Shown: positions 37,604 through 47,111 of the stretch, piece by piece
Position numbering within the stretch: the first letter of the stretch is position 1
Layout of the letters: every line of letters begins with the position of its first letter
Origin: a virus
IMG/VR virus record: IMGVR_UViG_3300025131_000007
Location: 32,001 to 96,000 of that record
DNA length: 64,000 bases
Direction: 5' to 3' (one strand)
Notes under the pieces: model-generated
Database searches by the model: none
The model's input: the letters and a program-made list of their open reading frames with translations, nothing else
What the model was told of the DNA's origin: nothing
Position numbers and translations under genes: made by a program

Positions 37604-40600
37604 ATTTGTTGGATTACATGCACATTCTGTTGCGGGTTCTATTTTTGATGCCATTGGGTACCCCCGAGATCATATGAACTTTGCTTACGAGAATGGATGT
37701 GACGCACTAGCGTTGACAGATCATGGTAACATGAATGGGTTGGCGGGACAAGTTCTGCATGCAAAAAAAATGCAAACTGAGGGAAAGAACTTCAAACCAA
37801 TTTTTGGTTGCGAAGCATACTTTATCCCATCGATCGAAGAGTGGCACACTGAATATGAACGCGCCAAAGAAGATAAGAAACGCGCCAAAGCTATCGCCAA
37901 AGAAAAAGCATCTGGTGCGACAGTGGAAGATGAAGGCTCATCCAAAGCAAACCAAGACATTCTCAGAAGGCGGCGGCATCTTGTGCTCCTAGTTCAGAAT
38001 CAGAAGGGTTTAAATAACCTTTTTAAACTTATCTCTGAGAGCTATAAGCCAGAGAATTATTATAGGTATCCGAGAGTAGACTATAAGCTTTTAGAGAAGT
38101 ATAACGAAGGAATTATCGCTTCTAGCGCATGTTTGGGGGGGGTTTATGCCGGCAACTATTGGGAGAATCGGGAGAACGCGGCTGACGTAATGAAGGCGAT
38201 GGATGAAACCTCTCAGAAGATGAAAAGCATCTTTGGGGATCGTTGGTATGCAGAGATCCAATGGAACAACATACCAGAACAACATGAGTTAAATCAATAT
38301 GTCATTGAGACAGCAAAGCGTAATAATATTAAACTCATTTCAACAGCCGATAGTCACTACCCCAACCCTGACGCATGGAAAGACCGAGAGCTTTACAAGA
38401 GACTTGGTTGGCTCGGCAAAGGAAAACCATCATGGGCAGACGAAGAGAGCGAATTGCCGGAAGGTGTAGATGAAATTGGATACGAACTCTATCCAAAGAA
38501 CGGCGATCAGATGTGGGATTCATATCTCAAATACTCAGAAGATTCAGATCACGAGTATGATGATGGCGTGGTGTTGGAGAGTATTGAAGAAACTCACAGG
38601 ATAGCGCATCAGCATATTGAAAACTTTCTTCCAGATAATACGGTGCGTCTACCAAATTTTGTTGTTCCAGCAGGTTTTACAGCAACACAGGCGCTTGTTA
38701 ATTATGCTCTCGAAGGTTTGCGTGAAAGAAAATTACACAAGAATCAAGAGTATGTTGATCGCCTTCGGAATGAACTTAATGTTATTGACGATCGTGGCTT
38801 CTCTAAATATTTTTTGACGATGAAAGCAATTGCTGACGTGGCGGTTGAAAAGATGCTAGCTGGGCCGGGTCGCGGTTCAGCCGCAGGGTCTTTGGTTGCT
38901 TATGTTCTGAGTATCACTCAGGTTGATCCTATTCGTCATGGTCTCTTGTTCTCTCGTTTTCTTCGTGCAGACGCGACAGATTACCCTGACATTGATTATG
39001 ATGTTTCCGATTCGATGGAACTCAAAGAAACGCTGGTTGAGATGTGGGGCAAAGATTGTGTTGCTCCAATTTCTAATTGGAACACTCTACAATTAAAGTC
39101 TCTCATTAAAGACATTTCCAAGTTGTATGGAATTCCATTTACGGAAGCGAACACGGTAACCAACATCATGATTCGTGAAGCGACTCCGGAAGCAAAGCGT
39201 GTTCATGGTATCAAGTCGGGGGTATATGCTCCAACTTGGGAAGAGGTGATGGAATATTCTCCCACTCTTCGTTCTTATTTAGCGAAACACCCAGAAGTGA
39301 AGACACACGTTGAGGGCTTGGTGGGTCAGGTTAGGTCTTGTTCGCGTCATGCTGGTGGTGTTGTCGTTGCGGAAGACCTTGACAAGCACATGCCACTCAT
39401 TAATTCTGGCGGTGTGCGTCAGGCTCCGTGGTCAGAAGGGCAGAACGTTCGTCACTTAGAGCCTATGGGGTTCATCAAGTTTGACTTGTTGGGCTTGTCT
39501 ACGCTGAAGATGATGGAGGGGTGTATCGAGCATATTCTTCAACGTCATCACGGTATCGAGAATCCGACCTTCGCCCAAGTGCGAGACTACTATAACAAAA
39601 ACCTACATCCAGATGTTATAGATCTCGACAACCAAGAAGTATACGAAAAAGTCTTTCATCCCGGAAGATGGGCTGGCGTGTTCCAGTTCACGGAAGATGG
39701 CGCACAGAAGTTTTGTACTCGAGTCAAGCCAAAAAACATTATTGATGTGTCGGCTATTACTTCCATCTATCGCCCCGGCCCATTGGCAGCAAACGTGCAC
39801 GAAGAGTATGTAGAAGCCAAAGAGAACCCACAATATGTGGCTTATCTTTCCGATGAAGTTCGAGAAGTTACAGAAGAGACTTTTGGTTTTCTTATTTTTC
39901 AAGAACAGATCGCGTTGTTGGCTCATAAGTTGGGCGGGTTGACTCTGGATGAAGGGAACATGCTTCGCAAGGTTCTCACTAAGAAGGGAACCGGCAAAGA
40001 TAGTGTTAAGCATCAGCTTCATACCAAGTTTCTTGACGGATGCACAGCCAAGAATATCGATCGCACAGCGGCACAAAATCTATGGGATAAGTTTGAATAC
40101 TTCTCAGGTTATGGATTTAACAAGTCACATGCGGTGTCTTATTCTATTATCTCATTCCAATGCGCTTGGTTATGGAACTACTATCCAGCAGAGTGGATGG
40201 CTGCTTTCCTTGACAAAGAACCGGAGAGCAGAAAAGAAAAGACCATCAATATAGCCAAACAATATGGTTTTAAGATCGCACCGCTTGACATTAATAAGTC
40301 AGGTCGAGTATGGGAGATATCTAAAGACGGAAAAACTCTTATTCAACCTTTGACTTCTATTAAGGGATTCGGTGATTCTGCTATTGAGCAAGTTCTCGAC
40401 CATAGACCATTTATGAACGCAGAAGACCTTTTGTTTCGAGAAGAGATAACTTATAGCAAATTAAATAAGAAATGCCTAGATGCTTTGTGTCGTGCTGGCG
40501 CTTTGGATCTTATTATGGATGATCGTTTTACGGGGCGAAAACATTTCTGGTCTGCGTGTGTGGTAGAACGACCTAAGAATTTAAAGAAGTTAGTGGAAAA

Positions 40601-41006
40601 TATAGAAGCATATAGAGCGGAAGGAGATTTTACTGAAGAAGAGATAATCCAATTCAAAACTGATTTAACTGGCGTGTTCCCGATTAATCTAGTTATTACT
40701 GCAGCCACGGCGCAATCTTTAAAAGATAAGTTCATTCCCCCCATTTCTGAATTTGATCCCGATCTGCAAGTGTGTTGGTTTATCCCGCGTAAGATCATCC
40801 CACGGAAAACGAAGAATGGAAAACTTTATTGGATTGTCGAGACTATTGATACCAACAACGAACTAACTAAGATTAGGTGCTGGGGAGTAAAGCCAGAGAA
40901 AGATAGGATCTTCCTTAATCGACCGTATATGGCACGGTTAAAATACGATCCGAATTGGGGTTTTTCGACCTATGCAATAGGCAAGACATTTAGATTGTTG
41001 GGATAA
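37584..41006 (+). CDS. dnaE: DNA polymerase III alpha subunit (family C)
   Basis: PHP motifs HAHS, TDHG and DSHY; GPGRGSAAGS, PDIDYD, RHAGG, KFDLLGL and YGFNKSHA. The AGGAG RBS favours ATG 37584. Confidence 0.95.
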   Translation: MNKPKIKFVGLHAHSVAGSIFDAIGYPRDHMNFAYENGCDALALTDHGNMNGLAGQVLHAKKMQTEGKNFKPIFGCEAYFIPSIEEWHTEYERAKEDKKRAKAIAKEKASGATVEDEGSSKANQDILRRRRHLVLLVQNQKGLNNLFKLISESYKPENYYRYPRVDYKLLEKYNEGIIASSACLGGVYAGNYWENRENAADVMKAMDETSQKMKSIFGDRWYAEIQWNNIPEQHELNQYVIETAKRNNIKLISTADSHYPNPDAWKDRELYKRLGWLGKGKPSWADEESELPEGVDEIGYELYPKNGDQMWDSYLKYSEDSDHEYDDGVVLESIEETHRIAHQHIENFLPDNTVRLPNFVVPAGFTATQALVNYALEGLRERKLHKNQEYVDRLRNELNVIDDRGFSKYFLTMKAIADVAVEKMLAGPGRGSAAGSLVAYVLSITQVDPIRHGLLFSRFLRADATDYPDIDYDVSDSMELKETLVEMWGKDCVAPISNWNTLQLKSLIKDISKLYGIPFTEANTVTNIMIREATPEAKRVHGIKSGVYAPTWEEVMEYSPTLRSYLAKHPEVKTHVEGLVGQVRSCSRHAGGVVVAEDLDKHMPLINSGGVRQAPWSEGQNVRHLEPMGFIKFDLLGLSTLKMMEGCIEHILQRHHGIENPTFAQVRDYYNKNLHPDVIDLDNQEVYEKVFHPGRWAGVFQFTEDGAQKFCTRVKPKNIIDVSAITSIYRPGPLAANVHEEYVEAKENPQYVAYLSDEVREVTEETFGFLIFQEQIALLAHKLGGLTLDEGNMLRKVLTKKGTGKDSVKHQLHTKFLDGCTAKNIDRTAAQNLWDKFEYFSGYGFNKSHAVSYSIISFQCAWLWNYYPAEWMAAFLDKEPESRKEKTINIAKQYGFKIAPLDINKSGRVWEISKDGKTLIQPLTSIKGFGDSAIEQVLDHRPFMNAEDLLFREEITYSKLNKKCLDALCRAGALDLIMDDRFTGRKHFWSACVVERPKNLKKLVENIEAYRAEGDFTEEEIIQFKTDLTGVFPINLVITAATAQSLKDKFIPPISEFDPDLQVCWFIPRKIIPRKTKNGKLYWIVETIDTNNELTKIRCWGVKPEKDRIFLNRPYMARLKYDPNWGFSTYAIGKTFRLLG

Positions 41007-41010
41007 ATGA

Positions 41011-41718
41011 GTGAGCATATCGGCTAAATTAAAATGGTTGCAGCTATGGGAGGATTATCGTCACCTTCATAATCAATTGGAATTGGCACAGGAGTTTTGT
41101 CGTGCCATTGGTCCCGAATTTCAACAGTATTATGAAGAATTTTGTGCCGCCAGGGATATAGATTTAAACAAATTAAACCAAGACCATCGCCAACACTTAG
41201 ATCAACTTTACGGAATACCTTCGCCTCCGCCGTCTGCTGGCACTCCATCGACACAAGCATCTGCTCCGCCCCCCGGGGCACTTGTCTTGTTCGATGGGAT
41301 CCCGACAGATGAACCCGTACCCGTTGATTGGTCTAAAGAAGAAAAAGAAATCCATGAAATTTTTTCTAAATTATTTAAGAAAATTGCTAGCTTCATTCAT
41401 CCCGATAAGTTAGAAACAATGGAGAATGAAAATGAGAAAGCGCGTCTGACAAAATTGTTTAAGAAAGTTAGATTAGGGTTGGAGAAAAGAAGATATTTTA
41501 TTTTATTAGAAGCAGCCGAAGAGTTGGGCATTGACACACCTAAAGACTATCGAAAGCAATCTCGTTGGATCAAAAACGAATTGCGTATGTTGTCAACTAT
41601 ACTTCGAAAAGAAAGGAGCACATATAATTATAGGTTTGGAGAACTGGAAACCGATGAAGAGAGAGATAATCTCATGAGACAATTTATCCACCAATTATTT
41701 GGGCTTTCTATCAATTAA
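41011..41718 (+). CDS. J-domain-like protein
   Basis: KLFKKIASFIHPDKL helix-HPD motif. Confidence 0.6.
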   Translation: MSISAKLKWLQLWEDYRHLHNQLELAQEFCRAIGPEFQQYYEEFCAARDIDLNKLNQDHRQHLDQLYGIPSPPPSAGTPSTQASAPPPGALVLFDGIPTDEPVPVDWSKEEKEIHEIFSKLFKKIASFIHPDKLETMENENEKARLTKLFKKVRLGLEKRRYFILLEAAEELGIDTPKDYRKQSRWIKNELRMLSTILRKERSTYNYRFGELETDEERDNLMRQFIHQLFGLSIN

Positions 41719-41732
41719 GAAAAGAAATTTAC

Positions 41733-41761
41733 TTGACAGATCACTATCTTTATGTTATATT
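41733..41761 (+). promoter_or_regulatory. sigma70-type promoter
   Basis: Intergenic TTGACA-17 nt-TATATT with TGn. Confidence 0.8.
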
Positions 41762-41787
41762 ATAATAGAACTTAAAAGAGGGCAAAT

Positions 41788-42369
41788 ATGAAAATAAATT
41801 GGAATCTGGAAGCTATTGCGAAAGGATTTTGCATGGATCCGCACATTTTTTGGCAGAAAGTTAATGCAAATTCTCTCTCCACTCAATCCGAATACACTGT
41901 TGCGGGAATTTTAGAAGGAGAGGTCGAACCTTCCCAGAAAGAGTGGGATGTTGTATGTTCCCATGGAAATGTTGAAGTGAGAAACATGTTTAAAAAAGCA
42001 TGCTTTGCTCCCTCAAGCTCCACCGGAAAGGGAAGATATTTTGAGGAATCTTTATTTTTGGAAAAATTAGATAAGGTAGACTTTTATGTTATGATTGATC
42101 TTAATCCTGTTAGAGAACTCAGCCAGCCACAGGCGTATTGTATCCCCTCGGCTTTGATTCGCGATCTCTATGATAAAGGGGTGATCGGAACCAAAGCGCA
42201 TATTGATTTTGTCAAACGGCGACAGCTTCCTCGGGATTATGAAAATAGAGCCTATCGTTTTTGTGAAATATTTGATTACGCAGAGTTCGCACTCGATGGT
42301 ACAAGTTTTAGTAAAGAATATGATGTTCAAAAAATGATAGAAAATATTTCAACGCGACTTTGCGCTTAA
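41788..42369 (+). CDS. putative PD-(D/E)xK-like endonuclease
   Basis: E...WDV...VEVR spacing resembles a nuclease active site; adjacent to a DNA methyltransferase. Confidence 0.35.
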   Translation: MKINWNLEAIAKGFCMDPHIFWQKVNANSLSTQSEYTVAGILEGEVEPSQKEWDVVCSHGNVEVRNMFKKACFAPSSSTGKGRYFEESLFLEKLDKVDFYVMIDLNPVRELSQPQAYCIPSALIRDLYDKGVIGTKAHIDFVKRRQLPRDYENRAYRFCEIFDYAEFALDGTSFSKEYDVQKMIENISTRLCA

Positions 42370-42383
42370 GATTGGAGGAATAC

Positions 42384-43313
42384 GTGGAAACAAATATTAT
42401 TCACTTGGGTGAATCTTTGGAAATATTACGCTCATTGCCCGATGAAAGCGTGGATATGTGTGTTACTTCCCCACCTTATTATAATCTGAGGGATTATAAA
42501 ATCACACGCCAAGTTGGAACTGAAAAAACACCGACAGAATATATCTCTAATTTGTGTGACATTTTTGAGGAAGTAAAGAGAGTATTGAAGCCCGAAGGTG
42601 TATGTTGGGTTAACATTGGCGACTCCTACAAGAGCAAAGCCCTTATGCAGATACCCAGCAGATTTGAGGTTGCCATGTCAGATCGGGGATGGAAACTGAG
42701 AAATGAAATTATTTGGTCTAAACCAAATCCTCAACCTACGTCAGCAAAGGATAGATTTTGGACTAATCATGAAAAACTTTTCATGTTCGTTAAAGACGTT
42801 AAAAATTATTATTTTGAGCAACCGCGTGTTCCGCAAGCTGAAATCTCTATTCGTCGTATGTTTTCGAAGAACCACGTTGATCGTCGAAAGGACAAGGATG
42901 CCACCGGCAAGGAAGGATTTGCCCTCTCAAGTGATAGGCAAGATGAACATTATCGCAAAATGAGAGAGAAGAGTGGTATTGTCAAGGATTTTGATTATGA
43001 AGAGTTGATTAAGTCTGGCAAAGTTCCCACCCGGCCGAAGTTTACGGTGTGGCACACTCCATCAAAAGGATACAAGGGGGCACATTTTGCTATTTATCCC
43101 GAAGAACTCATCAAGGATCCCATTGTCTCCAGTTGCCCTACGGGTGGAGTGGTGCTGGATCCTTTTATGGGATCGGGAACTACGGCGATTACCGCTTTGA
43201 AAAATAATCGCAATTATGTGGGAATTGAGATTAATGCAACCTATAGAGAAATAGCTTTGCAACGGATAGAACACGAACGTTCTATATTAACAACAGCCAA
43301 TACAACATTATAA
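42384..43313 (+). CDS. beta-class N4-C/N6-A DNA methyltransferase
   Basis: Catalytic TSPPY precedes SAM-binding DPFMGSGTT; HFAIYPE. The GGAGG RBS favours GTG 42384. Confidence 0.92.
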   Translation: METNIIHLGESLEILRSLPDESVDMCVTSPPYYNLRDYKITRQVGTEKTPTEYISNLCDIFEEVKRVLKPEGVCWVNIGDSYKSKALMQIPSRFEVAMSDRGWKLRNEIIWSKPNPQPTSAKDRFWTNHEKLFMFVKDVKNYYFEQPRVPQAEISIRRMFSKNHVDRRKDKDATGKEGFALSSDRQDEHYRKMREKSGIVKDFDYEELIKSGKVPTRPKFTVWHTPSKGYKGAHFAIYPEELIKDPIVSSCPTGGVVLDPFMGSGTTAITALKNNRNYVGIEINATYREIALQRIEHERSILTTANTTL

Positions 43314-43327
43314 CAGAGAGAGGGTTA

Positions 43328-43579
43328 ATGATGGCAACAACTTACGATGAGAAAAAGAAATTTATTAAAGAATACGTTCGATCGCTGAACGCTATTGAGG
43401 AAGCGATGGAGCCATTCAAAGAACAAAAGAGAGATTTGAGAGAGGAATTTAGAGAAAACGGCTGGCTGAGCACAGACGAGATTCGAGCAGCAGTCAAAGC
43501 TTATCGACTCTATAAAGGAAAACACAATATCGACGATATTGTTGATTCGTATAACATTATGTTCGGAGAGAAAAAATGA
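43328..43579 (+). CDS. small helical DNA-binding protein (T4 DsbA/GapR-like)
   Basis: Coiled coil IEE....KEQKRDL.EEF...EIRAAVK. Confidence 0.45.
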   Translation: MMATTYDEKKKFIKEYVRSLNAIEEAMEPFKEQKRDLREEFRENGWLSTDEIRAAVKAYRLYKGKHNIDDIVDSYNIMFGEKK

Positions 43580-43851
43580 AAATGGTTAACTTAGTAGACA
43601 AAACCGGGGAAGTGCGGTGGTTTAACGCTGATCATGTAAGTGCAATATTCCATCCCAAAAACCAAGCTGACAAGTTGGAAGCGCACATAGTGTTAAGCTC
43701 GGCGTGGGCAGGCAAAATTGTGGTCTACGGCAACATTCCATCTGTTATCCGCGAAATCGAGGAACAAATTGAGTACCCCAAGCGCGCTGATTCGCTTGGC
43801 ATAAGCGGACCTAGATATGGCTCACTTGAGTTTAAGCAGCATGAGAATTAG
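43576..43851 (+). CDS. FlbD/SwrD-like small protein
   Basis: MVNL...G..RWFNADHVSAI...HIVLS..KIVV..I..VIREI pattern. Confidence 0.4.
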   Translation: MKMVNLVDKTGEVRWFNADHVSAIFHPKNQADKLEAHIVLSSAWAGKIVVYGNIPSVIREIEEQIEYPKRADSLGISGPRYGSLEFKQHEN

Positions 43852-44266
43852 AATCAAAAAACTGCACCCCAACGCCGTCGTTCCGTCTTATGCCAAAGAC
43901 GGTGACGCGGGGATGGATTTGAGAGCAGTTTCAGTAGAGAATGATGTTCATGGTAATATTGTTTGCCGAACAGGTCTTTCGATGGAAATACCATATGGAT
44001 ATATGGGGCTTTTGTTCCCTCGTTCCTCTGTGTCTAAGACTTCGTTAGCTTTGAGAAATGCGGTAGGAGTAATAGACTCGGGTTATCGGGGAGAAATTAT
44101 GCTTAAATTTGGAAGAACTTTAAACCCTAAGTCTCCTTTATATAAACAGGGAGACAAAGTGGGGCAAGTTATTATCATACCTCATCCTTATGTGGAATTT
44201 GTAGAAGCAGAGGAATTAACTAACACCGAAAGAGGCTTCGGTGGGTTTGGATCAACAGGAGAATAA
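43841..44266 (+). CDS. dut: trimeric dUTPase
   Basis: AGMDL, PRSS, GVIDSGYRGEI and RGFGGFGSTG. Confidence 0.95.
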   Translation: MRIRIKKLHPNAVVPSYAKDGDAGMDLRAVSVENDVHGNIVCRTGLSMEIPYGYMGLLFPRSSVSKTSLALRNAVGVIDSGYRGEIMLKFGRTLNPKSPLYKQGDKVGQVIIIPHPYVEFVEAEELTNTERGFGGFGSTGE

Positions 44267-44418
44267 AATGGAAACAATTATAAATTTTATAAAAGAATGG
44301 TATCTCGTGTCTGTAATTTGCGGTGGTATTTCTGTCGCTATCACGCTATTTGCGGGCTGGGCACTCATTAAGAGCTTGAATGCAATATCAGACAGCTTTA
44401 ACGAGAGTGAGGAAGACG

Positions 44419-44898
44419 ATGATGGATAAACATCAACTTCAAGTGATGTTTAGTTCCAAAGCGAATGACTGGTCTACACCTCAAGAGTTTTTTGACAAAC
44501 TTAATTGGAGGTTCGGGCCGTTTGATTTGGATCCCTGCGCTACTCCGCATACTACTAAGTGCTTAAATTTTTTTACTGAAGTGGAGGATGGTCTGTTAAA
44601 GGATTGGGGAGGACATTGTGCTTTTGTTAATCCACCTTATGGGAGAACTATCGCCCAATGGGTAAAGAAAAGCTACATAGAAGCACAAAAAGAAAATACA
44701 AAAATAGTCATGTTAGTGCCGGCCAGAACGGATACAAAATATTGGCATGACTATATAATGAAGGCTCAAGAAATTTACTTTGTGAGAGGAAGATTGAAAT
44801 TCGGAGAGAGCGTTAATAGTGCCCCATTTCCCTCAGCCGTAGTTGTATTCGAAAGCGGGGTTTCCAAGCACCAAGCAATAGGAGTGATAGGTAGATGA
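44419..44898 (+). CDS. phage-type N6-adenine DNA methyltransferase (Dam family)
   Basis: WSTPQ, LDPCA, NPPYG, VPARTDT, GRLKF and APFPS. Confidence 0.9.
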   Translation: MMDKHQLQVMFSSKANDWSTPQEFFDKLNWRFGPFDLDPCATPHTTKCLNFFTEVEDGLLKDWGGHCAFVNPPYGRTIAQWVKKSYIEAQKENTKIVMLVPARTDTKYWHDYIMKAQEIYFVRGRLKFGESVNSAPFPSAVVVFESGVSKHQAIGVIGR

Positions 44899-45191
44899 AT
44901 CGCAAGCAACGTCGAGCACTAGAGAAGAAAACAGGTGGAAAAGTCGCCCAAAATTTCTCCGATAAAATTTCTCAATTCCAGATGCTACCGGAGCAATGCA
45001 CTACTTGCACAGAACCATTTGACCGCCAAAATAGAGAAATGCTGAAAGCTTGGAGCGTTGTGGTAAAACAGGAAGTAGTGCGCCTGTTTTGCCCTCACTG
45101 CATGCAGAGGGCGAAGAATATTTTAGAAAAATATGGAGATAAAGATGAAAGTAGAGAGACTTTCGTTTCAAGCGCTGAAGAAGATTCTTAA
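44895..45191 (+). CDS. small Zn-binding protein
   Basis: MNRKQRR N-terminus; CTTC and CPHC. Confidence 0.55.
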   Translation: MNRKQRRALEKKTGGKVAQNFSDKISQFQMLPEQCTTCTEPFDRQNREMLKAWSVVVKQEVVRLFCPHCMQRAKNILEKYGDKDESRETFVSSAEEDS

Positions 45192-45510
45192 CGGTTCTAT
45201 TCGCGAAACAGCCACGTGTGTTATTAAATTTTATTCTAACGATTGTCATTATTGTCATGCGTTGAAAGAATATTACGAAGATCTTGCCAACACATACGAG
45301 GATATATACTTTTTTGCTTTTAATACCGGCGATACGTCGGCGGTAGATCGGCTTATTAAAATTAGTGGGGTTCCTACGATTGCCCTCGTGCGAAGCCACG
45401 CCGGTGGAACCCCCATCATTCGAATTTTAGAAGAACCAATTAAACCCAACGATCACACATGGTACCGTTCTTCTGACATTAAAAACTTTATAGAGAGACA
45501 CAAAAAATGA
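45133..45510 (+). CDS. thioredoxin-like protein
   Basis: VIKFYS..CHYC..L and GVPTI (cis-Pro loop). Confidence 0.8.
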   Translation: MEIKMKVERLSFQALKKILNGSIRETATCVIKFYSNDCHYCHALKEYYEDLANTYEDIYFFAFNTGDTSAVDRLIKISGVPTIALVRSHAGGTPIIRILEEPIKPNDHTWYRSSDIKNFIERHKK

Positions 45511-45827
45511 CCACCAAAATGAGACTATTAGAAGCCACCATTACGCGGTTTCGCTCCAAAGCCCTCGATCACTTGACCAGGATCGAGATTATGTTAGACA
45601 ACCCTACCGGTGTTGCGGAACATGTGAATTACGTGGATGAGATTGAGGAAAATATACGCGAAGTAATGATTTGCGAAAACTCCATCAACGCACTGCAAAC
45701 CTATTTTGTTCCACCGCCGGCGGCATCACCACAAGCGGCGGTGGCCGGTTCTCCCCCTACACCAACTGCGCCCCTAGAAGTTGAAGCGCTTTCTCATGCT
45801 ACGCCATCTAAAAAAAAACCGACGTAG
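45507..45827 (+). CDS. hypothetical protein, possibly extending to 45934 through a frameshift at an A9 run
   Basis: NPTGVAEH helical hairpin; the -1 frame is open from the A9 run to 45934. Confidence 0.6.
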   Translation: MTTKMRLLEATITRFRSKALDHLTRIEIMLDNPTGVAEHVNYVDEIEENIREVMICENSINALQTYFVPPPAASPQAAVAGSPPTPTAPLEVEALSHATPSKKKPT

Positions 45828-45946
45828 ACGCACCATCTCTCACGCACAATCAATTGATGCAGAGATCTTCAACCTATAGGCGCAGTCTGGAAAAGAGAAA
45901 AATGCTGGGTCTATCGGTTCCCAATGACGATTAAAGAAAGTGACAA

Positions 45947-46273
45947 ATGGCAGATTCTAACGGATACGGAAAACAACAAAAGCGCATAGTTTTCACAGCG
46001 AATGACCACAAGCATGCACAGTTTATTCTCAAACTAAAGTATGATGGGTTCACTCAATCTGGTTTTTTTCGACATATTATTGATGCCTATATTGAAGAAA
46101 ACGAAGCGCTGCGCTTGTTTGTGGAACATATAAAAACGCAGTCTAAAACTAAGAAAACCAAATCGCGTAGATTGCGGGAAGCCGGCAAATCAACCCTTGT
46201 AGACATGGCGCTGAACGAGGGAGAAATAGAGAATATTTTTGATATGTTGGCTGAGGAATTCCCAGATTTATAA
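45947..46273 (+). CDS. putative ribbon-helix-helix DNA-binding protein
   Basis: KRIVF...H..F..KL...G.TQS.FFR.II..YI pattern. Confidence 0.45.
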   Translation: MADSNGYGKQQKRIVFTANDHKHAQFILKLKYDGFTQSGFFRHIIDAYIEENEALRLFVEHIKTQSKTKKTKSRRLREAGKSTLVDMALNEGEIENIFDMLAEEFPDL

Positions 46274-46311
46274 AAAACAGATGAAGTTTAAGCGTTATAA
46301 GAAAAAACACA

Positions 46312-46318
46312 CTATTTA
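46312..46318 (+). promoter_or_regulatory. putative late promoter motif (CTATTTA)
   Basis: Intergenic, upstream of an acidic core-like gene. Confidence 0.55.
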
Positions 46319-46357
46319 TAAACGATTATATTTTTTGCAAATTAAGGAGAATTGATA

Positions 46358-47038
46358 ATGTCAATCCGCAAACAGATTTTGAATGAAGGCGAATTCCGCC
46401 GGTTTATGAAGCTAGCCAAATTGGGCCCCGTGGGCGGTAAACGTCTTAGTGAGCTTGGTTTTGGACACGAAGATATCCAAGAAGAAGAAGACGAACTTGA
46501 TCACGTGGAAGATGAGCTTGGCGCCACCGAAGATGAGTTGGGCGCTGAAGACCACATAGCCGATGAAGAAGGTGAAGAACTTGATGTCATGGGCGATATG
46601 GGCGGCGGCGAAGAAGATATGGTGTTGAGCCTGCTCCAAGTTATTCAAGGCTGGGCAGAAGAGAATGGTGTCGATATGGATCTCGAAGGAGGTGAGGAAG
46701 AGGTCGGTGTAGATGACCTGGAAATGGATGCTGAAATGCCCATGGATGACGGTGGCGAAGAAGAAGTTGCCATGGATGTGATGGATGTTGAAGAAGAGCC
46801 AGAAATGCGAGACGTGTATCAAGAAGAAGTATCCAGAAGAAGGCGAAAAAAGCGCCGAGATAAGAGAGGCAAGTATGGCAAAGGTGGTCACCACAAAGAT
46901 GATGAAATGGATGAATCAAAAATGGTGGCAGAGATTGCTAAACGCGTTTTTGCTCGTTTGCAGGGAGAGCAGCGCAAAGAAACCATGGTGGATGAACTCG
47001 CTGAACGCATTATGAAGCGTTTGACAAAAAAACAATAG
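46358..47038 (+). CDS. acidic prohead-core/internal head protein
   Basis: LNE.EFRRFMKLAKL resembles the scaffold RMKKLAG; the D/E/G/M-rich body resembles 3022..4290; late motif upstream and terminator downstream. Confidence 0.55.
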   Translation: MSIRKQILNEGEFRRFMKLAKLGPVGGKRLSELGFGHEDIQEEEDELDHVEDELGATEDELGAEDHIADEEGEELDVMGDMGGGEEDMVLSLLQVIQGWAEENGVDMDLEGGEEEVGVDDLEMDAEMPMDDGGEEEVAMDVMDVEEEPEMRDVYQEEVSRRRRKKRRDKRGKYGKGGHHKDDEMDESKMVAEIAKRVFARLQGEQRKETMVDELAERIMKRLTKKQ

Positions 47039-47072
47039 TAATTTTTTGTTAAAGAATAAAGATTTTTAAGTC

Positions 47073-47103
47073 ATAACCACTCCCTGTGTGTGGTTATTTT
47101 TTT
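47073..47103 (+). terminator. Rho-independent terminator
   Basis: ATAACCAC-N9-GTGGTTAT followed by a T run. Confidence 0.7.
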
Positions 47104-47111
47104 GGAGAAAT

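Noticed and set aside
37584-41006. Intein or intron in DnaE (also checked RNR, helicase, RecA)
   Set aside because: Lengths are ordinary, conserved motifs are contiguous, and no splice-junction or LAGLIDADG motifs were seen.
47021-47049. TTGACA at the end of the 46358 gene as a promoter
   Set aside because: No credible -10 hexamer at 16-18 nt, and a terminator follows.
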